Part shown: positions 35,276-47,300 of the stretch, piece after piece | Layout of the letters: every line of letters starts with the position of its first letter | Numbering within the stretch: the stretch's first letter is position 1 | DNA from: Cyanophora paradoxa CCMP329 | Taxonomy: Eukaryota > Plantae > Glaucophyta | Reading direction: 5' to 3' | NCBI GenBank assembly: GCA_004431415.1 | Contig: QPMI01000162.1 | Coordinates: forward strand, 108,153 to 172,152 | Length of the DNA: 64,000 bases | Made by a program: the position numbers and the translations under genes | Notes under the pieces: generated by a model | What the model saw: the letters and a program-made list of their open reading frames with translations, nothing else | What the model was told of the DNA's origin: nothing | Databases searched by the model: none

Positions 35276-37415
35276 AATTACCGGCCACAGTCTCTAGACA
35301 CCAGCACTGCGGGGGCTGCCCAGGGGGCATAAAGACAAAAAAGCAAAATAACTAAGACAAGAGCACGAAGAAAGATAAGACAAAGAGCCAAAATCGACAA
35401 TAAAAAAGAAAAGACACAGAGCTCGAGACAGATCGAGAAGAGACGAGAAATCGAGCAGATCTAGGGACAGAGGATGACTGACACGAAGAAGAGCCAGAGC
35501 TAGAGATACCATCAATATCGGAAGGAATTACATCACTAAGAAGCGGAGGACAAATTTGAGAAAGATAAATAACAGGAAGCAGACAAGTAAGAGGAACAAC
35601 AAGACGACGCGGAGGCGGAGGCGAAGCAGGACGACGCGAAAGGGCAGAGCTACGGCACGAGGTCGAGGAAGACACAGGAGGCGGAGCAGGCGGATCAAGA
35701 GCAGGCAAAAGGACAGTCAAAGGAATCACTAAAGCCGGCCGGGGTCGAGGCGGGCAGTCGAACTGCAAACGACGGCGAACAACAGGTCGAGCACGAGAAC
35801 TATAGCTAGTATTGAAACTAACTCTAGCATCAACACTACGATCAGAATCCGAGCTAGACCGAACTAAACTATAAGACGAAGTACGCCGGCGCCGGCGGGA
35901 TACGACCAACGAAGCAGAAGACGAAGGCAAAGGCGGCGGTCCGGTAGCAAGAACAAAGGCCGGAGGGTCCGGCCCGGCAAACCGCCGGAGGGAAGTAGAA
36001 GGAGACGCAGGCACGGCAAGCCGGCGACGGGTACGACCACGAGTCCGGGAGGAGATCGGGGAAGCCGGTCCCGGAGCTGAGGGCCCAGGAGCAGAGCCAG
36101 GAGATCTAGAAGGTAAGCCCGGCGAGAAATCTGACCCGGAGCCGGAACCCAGCGAACGACGACGACGAAGAGGCCCCCGAGGAGCCACGACGGGGGAGCT
36201 ACCGAGCAAAGTACTGACAGCCAGCGCCGAACACGGTGGCGGAGGTACCCCGCAGACAGTGGCAGGCGGAGAGTCCAGGGTCGACCGAGAGATCCGCCGA
36301 CGGGAACGCGGCGGAGGCCTACGAGACGGAAGAGGCGAGGAGGGAGCCGAGGAAGGGTCGGAACCGGAGGCAGGGGGAGGGCCGCGAACAGGTGACGGGG
36401 ATCGCTGCCGGCGCCGAAGAGAGGGCAGCGAAGCAGGAGAAAGGTCAGGTGGCGCCGGATCAGATGACACGGGGGTCATGGGCGGCGCAGAGAGAGACGA
36501 GCTCGAGTGCGCAAGGGCCCGACGAGGGCGCCGGCGGCGAATCTCACGAGCGCCAGGAAGCGGGATAGGACCCGCAGATGGGACCCGAGGCGCCGAAGGG
36601 GGAGCAGGGAGCCGGAATGACGGGGAGACCGAAAAGAGGACAGTCTCGCCAACACTCGGAAGCGGAGCAGAGGCCAAGGACCCGGAGCTCGAGGGGGGAG
36701 GGAGGGCGGAGGAGGAGAGAGAAGGCGGCTATTCGAAGGGTATGGAGAATCGAGAGCGGAGGCGAGGGAGGCCGAAGTGATGGCGAGCTCTGGAGGCGAG
36801 GGGGCCTGCAAGCGGACCCGGGAAAGTGGATGCAGACGCAAAGAGACCGGGGACGTAGTGGCGGGAGGGGCATGCAAAAAGATAGTGCCGCCCGGCGTCA
36901 CAGTTGCAGAAGCGGGGCAAGAAGGATGGGCTGAAGAGGAGGCTGAACCAGGAGGACGTCAGAAAGAGGGCCACGCGGGGCGGAAGTGGAGGAGCAAGGG
37001 AAGAGGTAAGAAGGGGTACGGAGCTGCAAGATGACCAGGGACCTGCCGGGGAACAGGCAAGTGAAGAGGCCCCGTGACAGCAAGTTGTAAGGAGGGAGGA
37101 GGTAGAGGCGGGGCCAGCGGGCCAAGGAGCACAGGGATCGGGACCGCAGGGAATGGGGGAAAAGGAGCGTCGAGAGGGGCAGCGAGAGCAGGAATAGGAA
37201 CGGGCCCAAGGGTCACTACAGGGGCCAGAGCAGGAGGGGACGGCGCAGGAGGCGGGCGACCACCAGGGATCCCCAACGGGACATTCCCACGAACGGCAAA
37301 CTCCGCAGGATTCCGGAGGACAGAATCGATGTCACGCGAAGAGACGAGGTTGTCAGCACCGCCCGAAGAAGGAGGGTCGGGCGAGTCAGAATCAGAGCTT
37401 GAACTAGAACGATGA
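35276..37415 (-). repeat. 2.1-kb direct repeat, copy 2 (3' part of family B, no poly(A))
   Basis: Runs from aattaccggccacagtctctagacacc to gaactagaacgatga, as in copy 1. Confidence 0.95.
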
Positions 37416-38393
37416 TTGTTTTTGAAGCCTTCTGATATCGATGCATATGCCGAGTAATTAATATAAGTCGGTCTCGGGAGTCGGGATCCCGGAATATCCT
37501 GGATCCAGCAGTCTGGCATGCGCAGCAGATTCCAGCTGCAGCTGCAGTCTCTGTCTGAGCGTGATACGCGCATCATGGCATGAATTGTAATTCGATGCTT
37601 GTAAGTGCGATATTCGCACTGCTGTTCACGTGCACGGTTTGCAACATTGCGGCGGCCGCGGGCAGCTGCAGGTGCTTATAATTAAACCGTGCTTTGCGCA
37701 TGCGCTACCTACGTGACTAGAGGCTACGTCTATGCGTACGTGTGGCAAAATAATAATCATTGAAATATTAATTATAATCTCTCTCCGCCTCGAGCTCGCT
37801 ACTTCGAATTCAGGAGACGGCCGCGGCGCTGCGTTGACTCCGCTTGCTGATGTGCTCCTTCAAGACAAGCGCCTTTGCTAGCGCACGCTAGCGCTATAGC
37901 CACGTATACGTACGCGTGCACATGTACTACGGTACACTGTGACAGAAGCTGCAGCTGCAGCTGCCGCATGCAGCGCGCTGCTGCAGCCTGCGCTGCGCTG
38001 CCGCAGCGCTGTAGTCCAGCTGCATGCAGACTTGCCGTTCCTTTCCGTTACTTTCCTTTCCGTTACTTTCCGTTACTAGTATCCGCCATTTTCCGTTACT
38101 TCCGTATCCGCGCCGATTCCGCGGACCCGGGCCCGGGATAATCTGCCACGTAGTTTCCGTTTGCAAACAATGTCAAAATCTAGCGTTTTGGGGAACGACG
38201 TCGATTTGGGGAACTACGTTCCGAAGTTCGTCGATCGATATCGCAATCGATGTCCACGTACGCGTACGTGTACGCGTACGTGTGCACGCGGCCGCCGACT
38301 CGGCGAGTCGGCGCCGATCGCCGGCCGCGGCGATTCGCCGCCGCTAGCCGGGTCGCCGATGTCGAGGCCTAGCCGCTGAGCCTCTAGTAGCTA

Positions 38394-38654
38394 CCGTAGA
38401 ACAGGAAAATACTGGACGCTGATAATTAGTGGAGCCCGAAATTAGTGGACTGAAATTTTTGAGTCAGTCCACTAATTTCAGGCTCCAGTATTTCCTGCTG
38501 CTGAGATGCCCCATTCTGTACCCCCCAGAATTACCGCCCCATGCAAGCTTGAACAGGTTCTGGTCCACTAATTTCGGGCTCCAGTATTTTGCCTAAGGAA
38601 GGGCCGAGTTTTATGATCCACTAATTTCCGGCCCAGTATTTTCCTGTTCTACGG
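38394..38654. mobile_element. Tc1/mariner-pogo-type MITE (261 bp)
   Basis: Perfect 22-bp TIR ccgtagaacaggaaaatactgg / ccagtattttcctgttctacgg, flanked by TA on both sides (38392-38393, 38655-38656). Internal aattagtgga/tccactaatt motifs; no ORF. Confidence 0.92.
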
Positions 38655-39236
38655 TATATAGGCGCCGGCCGACTCTCCGAGTTGCGAGGCGCCGCGGCGA
38701 CGTGAGCTCGTGAGCCCGCGGTGGCAGCTGTCGGGGTGAGTGACCGTGAAGTCGGGTCTACGCCGATGTCGACACTCGACGTGTTCGCACATGAGGGTTC
38801 ATATTGGGTGCGACAAAACGGGGAACTGAATCGAAACTGCAAGCTCAGCCGGCCGTGTTAACCCGATTTTTTTCGCAAGTGTCCGCTTGCGTCTTAAGTA
38901 ATAAGTTATAACTTAGTATTCTGATCGAGCCGCGCGCTGAGCCCTGTCTACGTCTCTGCAGATCAAGGATGCCACTGGCGCCCAGATACCGCAGACCCAT
39001 CCGAGATTCTCTTTCATCCAGTTCATGTTCTTCCTTCCGGACGCCACGAAAAGCATTCAAGTGAGAACGTTGTTGCCGCTGTATACGTACTCGTGTTGAG
39101 CTCGCTATACGCCTGTGTATGCATATGGCGGCTGCGCATGCAGCCTGCAGCTGCATGCGCAGTTTGCAATTGCGCTAGGCCTTGGCCATGGCCGGCGCCA
39201 TGGCGCAGGCATGCGGTGACTCACACAAAAGCGCAG

Positions 39237-40593
39237 GCGGGCGCCTGCATCGACAACGAGTTCTACGTGCGGCAGTGGAACGGAGACCAATGTTATGACG
39301 GGAAAGGCGACCGTCCTTCGGATCAGCTTGCAGCGTGAGCACGTTTAAAATCCTGCAGCTGGTTTATGCGTTCCTCGGGCTCAAGGTGGACAACTAAACA
39401 CGAATACTAACCGTTGAACACTAATTGAAAATGATAAAGGCGGACAACTGCATAAAGGTCAGCCTGGGGCACGTCTTTGGAGACAGTGCAACTGCGAATG
39501 CCGTCACACTTAGCTCCCGCCTCACGTGCTCGTCCTCCGCCGCCTCCTATTCAATGGGTTCGGCCGCCTACCTCGACTACAAGTGCGCTGCATGTGATCA
39601 TGCATATGATCGCTTCTTCTCATGATCAACCGCGCCACCGAATGTGCAGATACTACGCAAAGCGTCCATCGGATTCTGCGACGAATGTGTGCACGCCGTC
39701 GAACCTCCTTACCAGGCAAGATGCGACATCCATGTTCCCAAATGACCCCGAAGCACAAAGTCTTCCCCTCCCGGTAAACAATTTGCAGTTCAGCTTCCGA
39801 ATTCAATTTATCAATATACACACTCGTCGGAAAGCCTAAAACTGATATGTTCATGGTTTCTCGCAACCCTCTCAGCCGTACTATTACAAATTTACCGTCG
39901 GTGCCTGCGTCAGCGCCAGTAAAAACGCCATCCAGGTCTGTGAAGTCATAGATCTAGAATTAAATTGCTGTTGCTTGAATCTGTCTGACGGAAATCTGTT
40001 ATAATTAAGATGTACGATTCTTCCATGAACCCGATCGACAATGATGTCGGCACTGTCGCCCTAGGCAGCGTCACGACAGATGGCAGGACGTCGGCAGGGA
40101 TTGCGTACCAGAGGGTGCGCGTTTATATTGCGCTTTGCAAATATATCATATATCTAATTAATGTCTCAACTTTAATTTTAATGTCTGAATCCAACGGCAA
40201 TGCCACTTAAAATTACGCTAACTTTTGAATTCGAATTCGAACTCGCATGTGCAGTCGTTTTGCGCTGGCAGTACCTTTGTGAACATTGGCTACCGCGACG
40301 CGGCTTGCACGCAACCGTGGGAAGCAAACCTCGGCCCATCCGATTCTGCTTTTTTCAATCCAGCGTTCTGGGCGATCGTTGGCTTCAGATCGTCGCGGGC
40401 CGCTTACGTGTGAGTGCACGTGATTATGACACGTTAACATTCATGATCACGTTTTGCGGTCGAAACTAATTTTATTTTGAACTTCGATGCAATTGCACAG
40501 CATGGCACGACGGTGCGCGCGGCATTCCTCGGCAGACGACACATGGCAGCTCTGGTCCGCGGGCGTCTGCTCCATTGGCACACCGAATTTGAA

Positions 40594-40626
<33 letters not shown>

Positions 40627-41000
40627 TGGCTCCTCGAGTGGCCTCTCGGACGGGGCGAAGCTCGGGATTGGCCTTGGCGTCGGGCTGGGCGGGTGCGGCA
40701 CGCATATGCACAGTCCGCGCCTATAAATTGCGATACCGCGCGATTTATATGCTATCGATTTTCGAGCGGCGAGAGAAATAACGAGTGTCATCCCTGCGCA
40801 GCGCTATCCTTCTCGCCGCAATTGGCAGTGCCGCGTACTATATGATCAAAAAGAAGCGCCACAGCACGGGTCCCGGGCCCAAAGCGAGCGCAGATCCCAA
40901 GCTGCCCGCTCCGCAGACGACCCACGCCACCTTTATGCCCGTTGGCCCGACGGCGACCCAGCCCAACCCCCAGCTGCAGGCTGGGCAAATCAGATTCTAG
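39237..41000 (+). CDS. Single-pass type I cell-surface protein (Cys-containing ectodomain, GS linker, TM, short cytoplasmic tail); 3' exons
   Basis: Exons AGACIDNEFYVRQWNGDQCYDGK, ADNCIKVSLGHVFGDS..., YYAKRPSDSATNVCTP..., SFCAGSTFVNIGYRDAACTQPW..., NSGSGSGSGSGSGSSSGLSDGAKLGIGLGVGLG|AILLAAIGSAAYYMIKKKR...QIRF*. Confidence 0.75.
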
Positions 41001-41641
41001 AAGATCTAGACGTCAACGCATACGATTGCGAGCGCTGATTGCAATTATTCGCTGGATTCCCCGGAGCTGCTGTTATGCATGCGCATTAAAATTGCGTCCT
41101 TCATGATCAAGTTCGTGGCGTGCTGTCAGCAGGATCCGGACTCGAGCTCAGATAATTAGAATTTCGCGCACCTGTACATGTACGTACACATGTATACGTA
41201 GGGGGCAAATAAACGGGCGCCGCGCGTTATTAAAGAGGTCAAATTAATTAAAGGGCAGAGGGCACAAGTGTTGAGCCGGGGCAGTCGCACGGGGCTGCGC
41301 ATGCGCATGCGCACAGCAGCGCTTAAGTTTGTTGGCGTCGCATATGCGTTGAACATCATGGCATCAAACCATCGTTAACGTTCACAGGAGCATCGGCCTT
41401 GGGGGAAGGAAAAATCTGAGGTTCAACGGTTGGCTCCTATCTTGTGGCAATTTTCGAAATGCGAAATTCTGTATCAACGAAGACACCTATAGCTACTACC
41501 CAATTTTCAACCTTGGGGATGCCGTCGGTCTGGCCCGTTAACGTTGTCCTATGAGAGGTCTCTAGATCTGATGCATTTGTGCAGTAACAGCACGCCGAGA
41601 AGCATTTTTCCTTAAAAAAACAAATAGAAAGCGCGAATCAC

Positions 41642-43398
41642 TTTTTTTTTTGAGAGACTACGGTGGGGCGAACCCCCCGTAGGTAGTGATATTAAAGACA
41701 ACAAAGCAATCACAAATCAAAGATACAGTAAACTAGCACAAAATATATACAGAATCAAGAGGGATCACGAGAAGGGACACGATCAGAAGAACGCAAAAGA
41801 TAAGGAGAACGAGCACGAGGAGAAGGAGTAGAAGAGCTCAAGGGCGTCGATGCAGAAGTACTAGTCACACTAGAACGACGAGGAGCACGGGGACGCAGCA
41901 AATAAGGAGAACGAGCACGAGGAACTACAGTCGAAGACGAAGATCTAGACGAAGACGACAAGACAGAGCTAACAGCAGAACTAGAAGACGTAGTCGCAGG
42001 AGGCAAAGGCGGTAGAACAGTAGGAGAGGCGAAACGTAGGACACCACTAGAGGGGAAAGTCGAAGCTGGCGGAGTGTCTAAACGGAATCGAGATTGTAGA
42101 GTTGGTAAAACAATGGACGGCTGAAGACTAATCTGAGGAACTGGGGACGACACGAGGAAAGGGGCAGAGCTCGGGTGCAGACTCGGAATCGGCAGTATAA
42201 GAGGAGGGGCGAAACGCAAGCCAGTAGTGACAGGGAAGGCAGACGATGGGGCTGAACCAGGCGGGAGAGGCAAATATAGCGAAGTAGAAGAGAGAGAAGG
42301 GTACACACGAGGAACGTCACCATACACAAAATACTCGCTGCCAAAAACTATACGGTCTGACGGTCGCTGAAGATAAAGAGGCGGAACTGCCTGAGGGCTA
42401 ACAGTGAGAGATGGAGGAGGAAGAGGCAGAGCTAACGACAAAGGGAACGGAATCAAAGGTACAGGGAAGGCATGGAATACACGAGGAACTGGAAGGTGGA
42501 GGGGGCCAGTGCTCCTAACTAACATCGATGAAGCATCTGATGGAGGTGACGGCAAAACAACTGAGGGTAAACTAAGTTGAGGTGAAGCGAAGATTGATAC
42601 AAGACTATCATGAATCAAAGGGGCCATGCAGGAACCGGCGGGCGAGGTGGATCTGGCGGGACAGCCAGAGGGGAAGCCGAAGGTACAGGAGAGGAAAGCC
42701 GCAGGCGCCGAGACACATGGACAGGGGACGGATCGGCATCGGGAGGCAAGGTTGAATTCGACGGAGACCGGGGCGGCGGATTCGTGAAACGGAAGGTATC
42801 AGAGAAGGACTAGGGGGGGCAGGGAAGTACGGAGCCGCTGAGCAGGTGGCGACGGTGAGGGTGCAGGGGAGCGAATCCGTCGCAAAGTCGGAACAGGCTG
42901 ACGGGGCTCGGCATATGTAGCCGCAGCTGCAGGAGCTGGAGCAAGCACTGGGGTGCCGGATCCGGAGACTGGAGGCGGGGGCGCTGGGCAGGAGGCACAG
43001 GATCTGGAGGATTCTCTGAACTAGAGGGGTTCGAGGTCGGCGAACGCCACGGGCGTTAGCAGGATGTTTATCAGCCCGAACATGACGGTCACGATCAGCA
43101 GAAGACTGAAAGTTCTTCCCACAAATAGGGCATATTAATGTGGAGGCAGAAGCGGCGCTAGCGCTAGCATCGGCAGACGAGCTCAAACGAGAACTCGAGG
43201 GAGCCGGGACCGAAGCTGTATCAGCGCTAGCAGATGGCCTCGCAATGTGCTGAACTTGAGGATTCACGCCGACGCCATTAACTGTAGCAGCAGGCCTAGG
43301 GGTAGCGACTGCAGGGGGGCCCGGGACCGCGACTGCTGGGGGGCCCGAGCGCTGTAGAGGGATAGCTCCGCGCACAGAAAAGAAGCTCGCATCAAAAA
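41642..43398 (-). mobile_element. Family A non-LTR retroelement, 1.76-kb copy with 14-bp TSD
   Basis: T10 (poly(A)) at 41642-41651; TSD aaagcgcgaatcac at 41628-41641 and 43399-43412; same 3' 1.2 kb as 29599-30798. Confidence 0.93.
41755..43375 (-). pseudogene. Family A terminal ORF fragment: C2H2 zinc finger plus Ser/Pro/Arg-rich tail
   Basis: CPICGKNFQSSADRDRHVRADKH, Cys cluster CSSSCSCGYIC, TGPLHLPVPR, duplicated PRARSPYLLR, ends RDPS*. Frame breaks at homopolymers. Confidence 0.7.
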
Positions 43399-44347
43399 AA
43401 AGCGCGAATCACGATCACATTGGCCTTTCATGATCAAGTCAAATTTCTAAAAATATGAAATTGAAGAGGCTGCGCCCCATGGCCATTCCGAAGTTCGATT
43501 TCGCTACGAGACAATCTCCGTATGGATTCAAATGATTGTAACTTATTTAACAGAGGGCGACGTGGCCGATCAGAAAATTTGTATGAGACACGGTCGAAGT
43601 GACCTACGATGTGGGATTTAAAAGTACTTCAAGTTTGCACGATGCGTCAATTAAAAGAGCCAAGGGCCCCCATGGCGCCAAGACCCCACGCAAGGGCCAA
43701 GGCCACTCCTGCTCCGCAGAGACTCGACTGTTTTATTTACGAGCCTCGAGCTCCGATCATGACTCAGTAAGCATTAAATTGAACTGCGGTGGCGACGATC
43801 GCGAGGGTCGGAGGCCCTGATCATAATCATGATCATGGCGGGAGCTTTCAAGTTTGAATCAGGCTTAATTGATCGTGATCATAAGCGGGGGCCGGGCAGA
43901 TTGCATATGCACGAGCGGGGACAGCCCGCGGCCCTACAGCTGTGCGTATGCATGATCATAACACGTGCAAGTGCACGTTTTGCATGCATATGCAGCTGCA
44001 GCGAGCTGCGAGGCCTAGGCCAGCCTATGCATATATATGCAATCGACATCGTATATCCCCGCGGCCGTACCCCTAGCCTCGTCTCGTCGACCTGCGTCGA
44101 CCTGCGACGCGTCGAGGGGTACGTCCCCGCGCCAGGGCCACATGTATACGTACAGCTGCAGGCGCACGACTCTGTGACGACACAGGTCGGCGCCTTGGGG
44201 CATGTTGGGGCGCCGCGGCCGGGCGACCTGGTCGCAATATCGATGCCGAGGAGTCCTAAAGGGGGAAAGCCTTGAAGAAGAAGCCTATGTATCTACTGTA
44301 CACCTGCAAGAGCTCTATCTGAAAAAATCCGATCCCGCCAGGCGGCG

Positions 44348-47300
44348 CTACCTGCTCTCGAGGCGCTGGCGCTCGCGGGACTGGGGGCGGCTGGAGGAGC
44401 GCGAGGCCGGCCGCACCGACCCGACGCTGACCGAGTCCGCCAGGTCGCTCGGCGGCGCGCCCGAGCGCTTCCCGGACGGGATCGCCTCGACGAAGCTGCG
44501 CGGCCTGCTGGGCGCCGGCGAGCTCGAGCCGGCGGCGGCGGCCGGCTGCTGCTGGCGCTGGGGGCCCGGGCCGAGGCGGTGCTGCTGCTCGGCGCGCTGG
44601 CGGTAGGCCTCGAGCACGGCGCGCTGCTGCTGCGTCCCCGCCGCGGCGCTCCGCTCCAGCTTCTCGACGAGCTCGGAGAGCACCCGAGTGCTCGCGTACG
44701 TCCGCCTGCGCATGCGCGCCCCCCGGCGGCGCCGTGAGCCGCCGCCGAAGGAACGGAGGAGGGAAGTAAGGAAGGCACCTGAGCTCCTCGAGGAAGGCCC
44801 TGGGGTCCTGGTAGGCCGCGGCGAGCTCCGGGGTGTGCCGCCCCTTGTCCAGGATCTGCTCCACCAGCGCCTCTGCGCCCGCACGCGACGCCGCCGGGGC
44901 CCGATCAGCCACGCTCCGCCCGCAGGCGCGGGGCGCGGGCGGGGGGCCGGCCGGCCGGGCGCACGGGCGTCGGCGACGGTGCGGGCCTTGAGCAGCATGT
45001 CCGCGTACTCTGCGGGGCGGGGGGGGGGGGGGGGGGGGGGGGGGTGGGGGGGGGGCGGCTCAGACAACCCGCCGGGGGAAAATAAATCTCTGATGGCTCT
45101 AAGTATCGAGTTTCACCGGCGGGGATCTTGTAGCTCCTGCCCTCGGCGGCGAGGCTCGGCGCCTCCTCCCTCTCCGCCTGCGCCGAGGCCGCCGCGGAGC
45201 CGCCGACGGACCCGAGGAACCGCGAGAAGCCTGCGCCGGATCGGAGTGGGCGGGGGCGGGCCGCGGGCGCCGGGCATCTGAATCTGAGGCTAGCGCGCAC
45301 CCTCGGCGCGGAGGTTGGAGGCGGACGAGCGGCTGGGGACAGCGGGGGCGGGGGCGAGGCGGGAGGAGCTCGACGAGGGCCGCAGCGCCTCCTGCTCCCA
45401 CCGCAGCACTGCGCCCCCCGCCGCCGCCGCCGTCAGACGCGGACAGGCGGCGGGGGCGCCCCCCGCCCGCCCGCCCGCCCGGCCGCACCTTCGTCCTTCT
45501 CCTCGATGAGGCTCATGCGGGCCGCTTGTTGCTGCGGGGGGGCGGACGGGCCTCTCTCTCAGCGCCTCAACCTCAGCAGAGCGAGAAGGCCAGCGGACCG
45601 CGGGGCTGGGGCCCTCGAAGGAGGAGGAGACCTCGAGGCGGGGGAAGGACTGCCCGTGCGAGGGCCGCCGCTCCAGCGCCCTCGGCGGGCTCCCGGCGGC
45701 CCGCGGGCCCAGCGGCGCGCGCCCCTTCGAGAGGGTCCCCCGCGGCCGCGACCCCGCCCGGCTCGGCGGCAGCTCGGGGACCTCGAAGTCCTCGGGGTAC
45801 TCCTCCCGGGGCGCGTGCACCTGCGGCCCGAGTCGGATCAGCGAGGCGAACGAAGGGAGGGAGGGTGGGGGTTGGAAGGGACGCTGGGGCGCACGCCGGG
45901 CGGGGGCGCCGGCCTGTCCTCCTCCTCCTCCCCTTCCGGCGCGGCGCGCGCGCCCCGGGCCGCCTCTTCCTCCTCCTCCTCCGCCGCCGCCGGCGCGTCG
46001 AGGGGCGGCAGCTGCACGCGCGGGCGCTCCTCGACCTCGCCCTCGCCCTCGGCCAGAGCTGCCGGCAGCTCTTCGCCGGAGGCGTTGAGCTCCTCGGCAG
46101 GCGGCTCGTCGCGCCGCGACTGCGGGGGCGAGGGCGCGCTGGTGGCGGCCGGGAGGGCCGGGAGGGCGGAGAGGTGGATGGTGGTGGAGGTGGAGGTGGT
46201 GGTGGTGGTGGCGGCGGCGGCTTGGTGGGCGTGGGACGGGACGGCGGCCGCCTGGACGAAGGGCAGGACGTCGCGCCTGTGCCCCTCGAGCTGCCCGCCA
46301 GCAGCGGCGAGCGACGCGCGGCGCGCGAGGGCCGCCGCCGCCGCGAGCTGCTCGAGGAGGGCCGCGTGCGGCGGCGGCGGGCGGGCGGCTCGGGGCGCTG
46401 TCGACGAAGGGGAGGACGAGCGAGGCGTCCCCGCCGGCGGCGGTGTGGGGCCGGACTTTCGTGATCCAGCCCGTCTCGGCGATCCCGTCGTCCAGGTCGA
46501 AGACGCCCCGCTCCTGCGCCTGCGGCGCCCGCGCCGCGTGCCCGATCCGCCGCTCCTGCGTCCGCGGCCGGGCGGCCGCCTCCGCGCCGCGCGAGGGCAG
46601 CGCCCGCGGCGCGGCCCGCGAGAGGGGGCGAGCCAGCGCTAGCGGCTGCGGCTGCGGCGCCTGCGGCGGCGTCGCGTCAGGGTTCGCGCGAGTGCGAGGG
46701 TCGGTCGCGCGGCGCGCTCGCCTGGGCGGTGTGCATGAGGTTGATCTGCCTGACCGCCTCCAGCTCCTTCTCCTTCTCGGGGTTCCTGGGCTTCGGCGGC
46801 ACGAACCGCGCCTGCGGCTGCGGCCGCGGCGGGTGCTGCGGCGGCCGATCCCGCGCCGAGGGCAGGGGCCGCCTCGCCGTGGCGGGCTTGGCGGGGGCGG
46901 GCGCGAGGAAGGCGGGGGGCGGCGAGAGCCGCTGGAGCTCCTGGAGGACGCCCACGTGCACGGCGATGCCGATGGGCTCCAGCGCCGGCGCCGGCGCGGC
47001 CAACTCTTCGGCGCGCGTCGGGCTCGCGCTGCGCGGGCGGGGCTCCTCGGCCGCTGCTGCCGGGGGCCAGAGGGCCGGGGCCCGCTGCTGCGGCTCGAAG
47101 TTGAGCATCTGCTCCGCGAAGGTGGCGAGGTCGTCGGCGGCCTCCGTCGTGTGGAAGACGCGCGCCCAGTCCAGCCCGGGCACCTCCCCGCCTCCCTGGC
47201 CCGCCTCCCGGGCCGGCGCCTCGGGGAAGTCGTCCCCCAGCAGCCGCTCGCCCGGCGGGAAGGCCGCCTCGTCGGCGTGGGGGAGCCCCGCGGCGGGCTG

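Larger units (their letters stand above)
30837..37415 (-). mobile_element. Family B L1/Tx1-type LINE insertion, 5'-truncated, with a second copy of its 3' 2.1 kb joined to the truncation point
   Basis: Poly(A) read as T runs at 30837-30850 and 30869-30879; RT and CCHC finger inside; TSD attgttttt at 30833-30841 and 37415-37423; reconstructed minus-strand target ...CTTC/AAAAAC is L1-like. Confidence 0.92.

Noticed and set aside
35276-35330. ORF-track start MPPGQPPQCWCLETVAGN as the true RT N-terminus
   Set aside because: It comes from the 3' UTR of the duplicated copy fused to the truncated RT.
30885-37415. LTR retrotransposon (2.1-kb repeats as LTRs)
   Set aside because: RT is non-LTR L1-type (QGxPLSP, FADD), there is a poly(A) tail, and no gag, protease, integrase or TG...CA ends were found.
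29599-43398. The two family A copies as terminal inverted repeats of one 14-kb element
   Set aside because: Each has its own poly(A), different 5' truncation and own TSD, so they are independent insertions.
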